32,000 nt of DNA from Candidatus Methanoperedens sp. (GTDB lineage: Archaea > Halobacteriota > Methanosarcinia > Methanosarcinales > Methanoperedenaceae), in assembly GCA_027460535.1 (NCBI GenBank), contig JAPZAR010000035.1, positions 1,414 to 33,413 of the forward strand, written 5' to 3'. Positions 26,935-32,000 of the stretch are shown here, piece after piece. Numbering within the stretch: the stretch's first letter is position 1; each line of letters opens with the position of its first letter. The notes under the pieces were generated by a model that was given only the letters and a program-made list of their open reading frames with translations, ran no database searches and was not told the DNA's origin. Made by a program: the position numbers and the translations under genes.

Positions 26935-27120
26935 ATGGACTGCTGTGGATCAAGTAAACCGAAAGAAAAAGATGATGATATAAAAGAAGAACAATCGGGC
27001 ATTAAAAAAAATTCCGTCGAAAAAGAGCAAGCCCACGGCGGCGGTTGCTCAGGGATGTGGTTTCACCTTTTGCTAATGATTATCGTAGTTTTATTAATAT
27101 CGTATTTTACGAAGAGGTAA
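26935..27120 (+). CDS. small Cys-containing tail-anchored protein (61 aa)
   Basis: Good SD (aaaggag) 8 nt upstream. MDCCGSS N-terminus, charged linker, HGGGCSG, then a single C-terminal TM helix ending FTKR. Confidence 0.55.
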   Translation: MDCCGSSKPKEKDDDIKEEQSGIKKNSVEKEQAHGGGCSGMWFHLLLMIIVVLLISYFTKR

Positions 27121-27139
27121 GAATATAAAAAAGAAGACT

Positions 27140-27526
27140 GTGTTAATAACTGGAATTGCCGGGTTGCTGCTTGTATTCGGTGCAGTAGTCGCGCTGGCGC
27201 AGAATACGAGCGAGAAAACGAAGGATGCGGAAAATCATGAATGCACTCCGGAGATGATGAAGGATATGTCAGGAAAATGTCCGGAGCATATGATGCAATC
27301 CGGTGCCTGCGAAAATATGATGAAAGGATCAAAAGGCGGCAGTGAAATGATGGGCGGGAAGAATCTGACAAGCGCATCAGAATCTAAAGAGACCGGCCGT
27401 TGTGGAAGTAATTCTGGCATGGGTTCGATGATGAGTTCCAAGCGCATGAAGATGAAAAATATGAAACATGGCACTCAGAACCCGCAGAGTCGGATTGATG
27501 AAAATAAGAAAGAGGAGCTTACATGA
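27140..27526 (+). CDS. exported Met/Cys-rich protein, putative soft-metal (Cu/Ag-type) binding
   Basis: GTG start, hydrophobic signal-like N-terminus LITGIAGLLLVFGAVVALA. The mature part has reiterated C-x-E-x-MM motifs (CTPEMM, CPEHMM, CENMM, SEMM) and a tail MGSMMSSKRMKMKNMKH. Confidence 0.6.
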   Translation: MLITGIAGLLLVFGAVVALAQNTSEKTKDAENHECTPEMMKDMSGKCPEHMMQSGACENMMKGSKGGSEMMGGKNLTSASESKETGRCGSNSGMGSMMSSKRMKMKNMKHGTQNPQSRIDENKKEELT

Positions 27527-27921
27527 GAATATTAGGAACAACAATAATAACCTTATTCGTATTGATGGCAGTCGCTATCAGCGGATGCTTATCAGGAGGG
27601 GAGAAACCTCCGACTGATTTATTGGAGCCGAGGGAGAATTCAGAAGCCGGAGTACAAATAACAGCAACTTATCTTCCTGATATCACCGACGCCACGGCTT
27701 TTGAAATTAAAGTCACTGCCCATATGGACTATAACGATGATTTTAAGAATAACTCTTACCTGCGTGATTCCAGCGGCAAAATATATCAACCTCTTTCTTA
27801 TGAGGGTGCAGGCGGGCACCATGCCAGCGGAACACTTCGATTTCCTAAGATCGAGAGCAGGACATTTGAACTTGTGATCAAGGATGTCGCAGGGGTAAAT
27901 GAACGAGTATTTAAGTGGTAA
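27523..27921 (+). CDS. lipoprotein with conserved-looking GGHH motif (hypothetical)
   Basis: ATGA overlap with the upstream gene. Signal plus lipobox AVAISGC. Beta-rich sequence with YEGAGGHHASGTLRFP. Confidence 0.72.
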   Translation: MRILGTTIITLFVLMAVAISGCLSGGEKPPTDLLEPRENSEAGVQITATYLPDITDATAFEIKVTAHMDYNDDFKNNSYLRDSSGKIYQPLSYEGAGGHHASGTLRFPKIESRTFELVIKDVAGVNERVFKW

Positions 27922-27925
27922 GCAT

Positions 27926-28411
27926 ATGCCAGGTATCAAAAGCCTTTTAAAAAATCCGTTTGTTTTCGGAGCTGGCATAGGAATATTTGTAATACTTTTC
28001 AATATCTCTATAGCTTCCTTAGGTGAAGGTTCATTTGAGAAAGGATACCAGGTATTCCTTACTAACGGGATATTTGTATACCTTATTCCCTTAGCAGTAG
28101 GTATTCAGATGGGGCTTTTCAGATACCACAGGAATCTGACTTCTGAGAACAAATTGTGCGGCTCTGAGAAGATGGGCATGGCAGGCTCAGCTACTTCATC
28201 ACTGACGATGGTTGCATGCTGCCTGCATCATGTGAGTGATTTCTTACCTTCAGTTGGTTTCATTCTCGCAACATCGTCATTCTTTATCCAATATAAAGAC
28301 ACCATAATAATCATCGGGCTCCTTGCCAATATAGCTGGAAGCGCCTACATTGCAAGAGCAATCCTAAAGGATAAATCGATTATTGCGGGAGCGAAAAAAT
28401 CAACGGTCTAA
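27926..28411 (+). CDS. 4-TM membrane protein with ACCLHH motif (hypothetical, possible metal handling)
   Basis: ATG lies 4 nt after the upstream stop. Hydrophobic helices; SLTMVACCLHHVSDF sits within a predicted helix. Confidence 0.72.
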   Translation: MPGIKSLLKNPFVFGAGIGIFVILFNISIASLGEGSFEKGYQVFLTNGIFVYLIPLAVGIQMGLFRYHRNLTSENKLCGSEKMGMAGSATSSLTMVACCLHHVSDFLPSVGFILATSSFFIQYKDTIIIIGLLANIAGSAYIARAILKDKSIIAGAKKSTV

Positions 28412-28454
28412 CTGGAGATTAGATGAAAAGAATTTTGGCACCTCAGGCAGTATC

Positions 28455-29258
28455 ATGACTGAAATACTCTGGATCTCACTCATACTTCTGGCTGTAGCAT
28501 CAATCCTTCCGAGAGCCTATAATTCAAGGTTCATTTTTGGAGGGTTTGGCTGGGTATTCCTTTCCATATACTGGTCTTTGCAGCCGGGAACTTATATTGA
28601 TATACAGGATTATGTTAATGCCTTTCTGGTAGTCGCCGCAGGAGGAGTTACCCTCTTTATAGCATATATTATGTTTAAGGCAAGGGATACGAAAGACGGC
28701 GGCTACGACATGTTTATTTCATTATCCAGGGCTGCATCCGTAGGCGGTCTTTTGTATTTCTTGTTTGCAGAAGTAGGCTTCTTAAATACAAGGATAATTT
28801 CAACGGTCACTGACCAGGCAATCTGGGTAAGCGGGAAATTCGGGTTCCCAGTTGTACAGGTAGCATGGAACAAGCTTGCAGTCAACGGCATGGCAATTGA
28901 AATAATCCTTGCCTGCACTGCTATCGAGAGCATAGCCCTATTTTCAGGTATAATCTCCTCCGCAACAGGTGCACCTGCTGCACGGAAATTCAAGGCGTTT
29001 ATGATTTCAGTGCCAGTAATCTATATTCTCAATCTGCAAAGATTGGCTTTCACCGCCTCTGCTTATGGGTTTAGCTGGTTCGGAACGCCTGATGAGAGTT
29101 TCCATATTTCTGAGCATATTATCACCAAGGCAGGCTCCCTGCTGGCGCTCCTTATCATTTCATATTTGGTTCTTAAGATCCTTCCTGAGGTTTCGGATAT
29201 GATAGACGGTGTAGTGAAAACCATGAGAATAGAATTCCACAGGTTGACGGTGAGATAA
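28455..29258 (+). CDS. artA: archaeosortase A-like protein (exosortase/archaeosortase family)
   Basis: Polytopic. EIILACTAIESIALFSGIISS (catalytic Cys region), VPVIYILNLQRLAF (Arg) and FHISEHIITK...LPEVSDMIDGV are collinear with Haloferax ArtA as I remember it (VLACTGLGSMAIFGG / VIYVLNLARTTF / FFISDRIISQ). Start set at ATG 28455. Confidence 0.75.
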   Translation: MTEILWISLILLAVASILPRAYNSRFIFGGFGWVFLSIYWSLQPGTYIDIQDYVNAFLVVAAGGVTLFIAYIMFKARDTKDGGYDMFISLSRAASVGGLLYFLFAEVGFLNTRIISTVTDQAIWVSGKFGFPVVQVAWNKLAVNGMAIEIILACTAIESIALFSGIISSATGAPAARKFKAFMISVPVIYILNLQRLAFTASAYGFSWFGTPDESFHISEHIITKAGSLLALLIISYLVLKILPEVSDMIDGVVKTMRIEFHRLTVR

Positions 29259-29260
29259 CA

Positions 29261-29554
29261 GTGAAAATAAAAGTGAATTATGATTTTTCCCAGCAGGAGG
29301 TTGTTGGCGAAACGGATGTTTTTGAAATTGCAGATGGAGCTAAACTTGGAGAACTGTTGCGGATAATCGACGCCAGGATTGTGGAAGCCGGAAAAAATAA
29401 GGGTATAGAGACCACTTATAAAACCACGTTGGCTGGCGGTCAGTTGAATGGATGTGTGGTTTTTATTAATGGTTCAGCACCGGAAAATATGCTGGAACAA
29501 TTGCTGCATGACCGTGATAACATTGAATTTGTTTATGGATTTTGTGGAGGATAA
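29261..29554 (+). CDS. ThiS/MoaD/SAMP-like beta-grasp protein ending in Gly-Gly
   Basis: 97 aa. GTG lies 2 nt after the artA stop. ...LNGCVVFINGSAPENMLEQLLHDRDNIEFVYGFCGG-stop, the same end pattern as MoaD/SAMP (..NG......L.DGD.v.f.PpvsGG). Confidence 0.65.
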   Translation: MKIKVNYDFSQQEVVGETDVFEIADGAKLGELLRIIDARIVEAGKNKGIETTYKTTLAGGQLNGCVVFINGSAPENMLEQLLHDRDNIEFVYGFCGG

Positions 29555-29556
29555 CA

Positions 29557-30396
29557 ATGAGCGGATTGATCGATTTTATATACAGGAATTATATTGATGG
29601 GATAATCAACGATACAAGTTATAATCATTTTGACATGATCACATATATCATTATTCTTTTCGTGGGCGTATATGCTGCACTAAAATTATTGAATAAATTG
29701 AAAATTAAAGTTGATGAGGAGTTTGTCATTGCTACAATTCCCTATATTTTCATGGGTTCAGTATTTCGGGTAATCGAGGATGCAAATTTACTAAAGCCGC
29801 CCGTCAAATATTTTTTTATCACGCCGCTTATTTACTTCGTAATCTTTGCAATATGTTTTGGGTCTCTTCTCCTCACAAGATACCTTGAAAAGCTCAAGAA
29901 AATAAGAAATTATATTCGTGTATACGCAATTGCCGGGGTCACATTATCGTTAGTGGGAGTTGCTATCCTCGTTTATTATAGTTCTTTTAATTGGAATCTC
30001 GCTATTCTTGTATATAGTCTTGTGCCAGCTATAGGATTGACCGAATTGGTCAGAAGAATATCTCCGGCGATCGGTATGACTTATCTTCGAAGCAGGATGT
30101 ATTCATTTGCAATATTTTCATTTCTGCTCGATTCGCTCACTACATATATTGGCGTAGATCTGCTGGGCTACACTAACAAACATCCTTTTAGTTCCTTCCT
30201 CACTTCCTTTTTTGGAACTGGAGCCATACTGGTTCCTCTGTCCCTGATTTTGGTACTTGTGATTGTCTTGTTGCTTGAAAAGGATTCCAAGGAAGATAAA
30301 AAACAGGATGAAAAGTATATGATGACATTGACCTTGATAGTTCTTGGTTTCTCCATGGGTGCAAGGAATTTGCTGGCAATGGTTTTCAGGGTTTAG
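29557..30396 (+). CDS. DUF63-like archaeal polytopic membrane protein
   Basis: ATG lies 2 nt after the upstream stop. About 7 TM helices, internal KDSKEDKKQDEK loop, C-terminal GFSMGARNLLAMVFRV. DUF63 assignment is from memory only. Confidence 0.62.
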   Translation: MSGLIDFIYRNYIDGIINDTSYNHFDMITYIIILFVGVYAALKLLNKLKIKVDEEFVIATIPYIFMGSVFRVIEDANLLKPPVKYFFITPLIYFVIFAICFGSLLLTRYLEKLKKIRNYIRVYAIAGVTLSLVGVAILVYYSSFNWNLAILVYSLVPAIGLTELVRRISPAIGMTYLRSRMYSFAIFSFLLDSLTTYIGVDLLGYTNKHPFSSFLTSFFGTGAILVPLSLILVLVIVLLLEKDSKEDKKQDEKYMMTLTLIVLGFSMGARNLLAMVFRV

Positions 30397-30461
30397 CCGG
30401 AGGACACGGCGCGGGGCAGGCGGTGGGGGGCGGAGAGAGCGGAGTAAATGGTGATCGCTTC

Positions 30462-30467
30462 TTTTTT
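30462..30467 (+). terminator. T6 run, candidate archaeal oligo-T terminator for the artA/DUF63 operon
   Basis: cttcTTTTTTatgg lies about 66 nt after the DUF63 stop. A shorter run is conserved in copy 2 (30781-30785). Confidence 0.3.
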
Positions 30468-30485
30468 ATGGTGGGAGTTCGAAGA

Positions 30486-30574
30486 ATAGAACGCGGATGA
30501 CGCGGATTTAACGGATACGCACGGATAATTTTAATCCGTGTCAATCAGTGTTATCCGTGCGCTCCGTGTTCTAT
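30486..30574 (+). ncRNA. candidate structured RNA / recombination hairpin, copy 1 (89-nt imperfect palindrome)
   Basis: Hand fold: 12-bp basal helix (30486-30497 / 30563-30574), 7-bp helix (30501-30507 / 30553-30559), AAC/GTT after a TT bulge, and a 7-bp apical helix (30520-30526 / 30534-30540) with loop AATTTTA. All arm mismatches are G opposite T on the + strand. Confidence 0.35.
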
Positions 30575-30720
30575 CACATCTTATATCACTTCAAAAATAT
30601 TAATATCTTGGCGCCGATATGTTCCCGAAGCAGCCTCACGGCCTATGGGACAGCGGGTTTACTCAGAATCAACAGCGAACTCCGGTTGAGAGCTATCCGA
30701 TGAGGGATAGTGCTGGCGAT

Positions 30721-30956
30721 GGCGCGGGGCAGGCGGCGGCGATGGGGGGCGGGGAGAGCGGAGTAAATGGTGATAGCTTCTTTTTATGGTGAAAGGAGCG
30801 GTTCAAAGAATAGAACGCGGATGACGCGGATTTAACGGATACGCACGGATAATTTTAATCTGTGTCAATCTGTGTTATCCGTGCGCTCCGTGTTCTATCA
30901 CATCTTATATCACTTCAAAAATATTAATCTCGCGGCGCCGATATGTTCCCGAAGCA
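30721..30956 (+). repeat. non-coding repeat unit, copy 2
   Basis: See copy 1. The hairpin offset between copies is 324 nt. Confidence 0.9.
30810..30898 (+). ncRNA. candidate structured RNA / recombination hairpin, copy 2
   Basis: Same fold as copy 1. Two right-arm substitutions (30861 T for C, 30871 T for A) give G-U pairs on the + strand. Confidence 0.35.
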
Positions 30957-30983
30957 ACTACCCCGCCAGCAGATTCCCCACAA

Positions 30984-31016
30984 CCGCCTCCATCAACTTC
31001 TCGCTGTCCGCCTGCG
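30984..31016. repeat. 33-nt direct repeat, left copy (ccgcctccatcaacttctcgctgtccgcctgcg)
   Basis: 30/33 identical to 31837-31869. Its right end forms half of the palindrome CCTGCG-ag-CGCAGG (31011-31024). Confidence 0.85.
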
Positions 31017-31080
31017 AGCGCAGGAGTACGGCTCAAGCTTATCGCAGAGGGGCATGAGCTGCTCTGGCGGCGATGCGGTG

Positions 31081-31416
31081 CTATCTAGCTGCATACATTA
31101 CTTTACCTTTTCTTGCGAAGTCAGTAATAAGAGAATTACCGCTTTCAAATTCTTCAGAAGTGAGGGTGATAATATCAAGAGGCACTCTGAATTTTTTTAT
31201 GGTGTTAATCTCTGCTTCCTTCGTCAATCTTGCCCTTTCAAAAATATCTTTGTTCCGAAAATCCGGAGAAATTATCAGAATATCCACATCGCTATCTAAA
31301 GTCGCTTTTCCCGTGCTGTGCGACCCGAATAGAATTATCTTTGAAACTTTCAATCCTTTTTCTTTCAAACAATTCTCAAAGAATTTAATGGCTTCTACTA
31401 TTTTGTCTTTAACCAT
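31081..31416 (-). CDS. minimal nucleotidyltransferase (MNT, NTP_transf_2) of a HEPN/MNT toxin-antitoxin pair
   Basis: 111 aa. IILFGSHSTGKATLDSDVDILII (GS...DxD). Confidence 0.9.
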   Translation of the reverse strand: MVKDKIVEAIKFFENCLKEKGLKVSKIILFGSHSTGKATLDSDVDILIISPDFRNKDIFERARLTKEAEINTIKKFRVPLDIITLTSEEFESGNSLITDFARKGKVMYAAR

Positions 31417-31769
31417 TTTAATAACTCCTTCCCTTTTTCAAGTATCTTTTCTGTTGTATTCATATTGTATTCGTTCAGCATTCTTTGCAGATTATCAGGA
31501 TATCGAGTGAGAACGCTTACTCTGTTCAGAGTGAAGACAAAATCATACATATCTTCAGGTAATTCCAGATCGATAATTTCAATAAGATAAAGCAGATTGT
31601 GAGTTTTGGGTGGCGCTTCTTTATTTTTTTGAATGATCAGACCCTTGAGCGCTTTTTCTATAGATAAATGGCACATGAAGACAGTATAAAAATAACGTTC
31701 TCCTTTGAACATGAATTCTGCGGTTTCCATGTCATAATCAGCTTGTTTGAACCATTCATCTTTATCCAT
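31398..31769 (-). CDS. HEPN-domain protein of a HEPN/MNT toxin-antitoxin pair
   Basis: 123 aa. WFKQADYDMETAEFMF...CHLSIEKALKGL...PKTHNLLYL...LTRYPD. 19-nt overlap with the MNT gene. Confidence 0.88.
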   Translation of the reverse strand: MDKDEWFKQADYDMETAEFMFKGERYFYTVFMCHLSIEKALKGLIIQKNKEAPPKTHNLLYLIEIIDLELPEDMYDFVFTLNRVSVLTRYPDNLQRMLNEYNMNTTEKILEKGKELLKWLKTK

Positions 31770-31836
31770 GTATTTCTCAGGATTGTAATTGTTTTAATTG
31801 CTTATTTGCTTTTCCCGTTACTCAACCAGCATCCTC

Positions 31837-31869
31837 CCGCCTCCATCAATCTCTCGCTGTTCGCCTGCG
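31837..31869. repeat. 33-nt direct repeat, right copy (ccgcctccatcaatctctcgctgttcgcctgcg)
   Basis: 30/33 identical to 30984-31016. Looser similarity (ccagca..tcc..) extends about 12 nt further left in both copies. Confidence 0.85.
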
Positions 31870-32000
31870 GTTGGGCGACAGTCCTACTATGGATTCAAGA
31901 TGGTGGGCAAGAGGAATAGGGTGATGGGGTTGCCGGAAATGCAGGGCTATGACCCTAGTTTGAATGAAGACCCTGTTCACTTGGAGAAATATATATCACT

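Larger units (their letters stand above)
30408..30632 (+). repeat. non-coding repeat unit, copy 1 (G-rich tract, T-run, 89-nt hairpin, TATA-like box, ggcgccgatatgttcccgaagca)
   Basis: Direct repeat of 30721-30956, with a few substitutions and small indels. No ORF of 60 codons or more on either strand. Confidence 0.9.

Noticed and set aside
30486-30574. Integron attC site interpretation of the 89-nt hairpin.
   Set aside because: An R''-like ATTTAAC is present and there are bulged bases. However, the partner box reads GTTATCC rather than GTTRRRY, and no intI-type integrase is visible. I kept it only as an analogy in the cassette finding.
30495-30720. C/D-box sRNA signatures (GATGA at 30496-30500 and at 30700-30704).
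   Set aside because: The C box lacks the required U (RUGAUGA). No properly spaced CUGA D box follows. The k-turn arrangement is not supported.
30408-30956. Could the duplicated hairpin units be a CRISPR array?
   Set aside because: There are only two copies, at about 320-nt spacing. The repeated part (~230 nt) is far longer than a CRISPR repeat. There are no short uniform spacers and no cas genes in the window.
30872-31510. Track ORFs 30872-31057, 30943-31299 and 31073-31510 (+) across the repeat unit and the MNT gene.
   Set aside because: They run through the non-coding repeat or antisense to the nucleotidyltransferase gene. The reading frames are not conserved between the two repeat copies because indels shift the frame.

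Overview
This looks like an archaeal chromosomal segment. I infer a methanogen/ANME-like, Methanosarcinales-type euryarchaeon from cofC, an MfnE-like kinase, Alba, an archaeosortase A homologue, DUF366/DUF131/DUF63-type membrane proteins and AT-rich TATA-style upstream regions. I support about 45 genes. Most are tightly packed core functions: DEAD-box helicase, class II RNR, MtnA-like isomerase, PurH, an APC permease, an Lrp-aminotransferase pair, CofC, a DtxR-regulated metal ABC importer and PdxS. Several accessory or unusual elements sit between them:

1. One 889-codon gene fuses a KAP P-loop NTPase to a roughly 320-residue pentapeptide-repeat domain (8494-11163).
2. An AT-rich two-gene islet encodes an AIPR-like protein overlapping an HNH nuclease (20253-21789).
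3. A tightly coupled operon links Cys/Met-rich putative metal-binding exported proteins, an archaeosortase A homologue, a ThiS/MoaD-like protein ending in GG, and a DUF63-like membrane protein (26935-30396).
4. About 680 nt of non-coding DNA holds two copies of a roughly 230-nt unit. Each copy has an 89-nt rod-like hairpin whose mismatches and inter-copy substitutions are G-U compatible only on the + strand (30408-30956).
5. A HEPN/nucleotidyltransferase toxin-antitoxin cassette is bracketed by 33-nt direct repeats (30984-31869). A related palindromic motif lies next to a second TA pair, DUF4258/DUF2283 (15247-15878).

I saw no rRNA, tRNA or CRISPR array. The supplied ORF track omits an edge-truncated gene at 1-423 (minus strand), which I translated by hand. 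All family assignments come from motif recognition by eye, not from searches.
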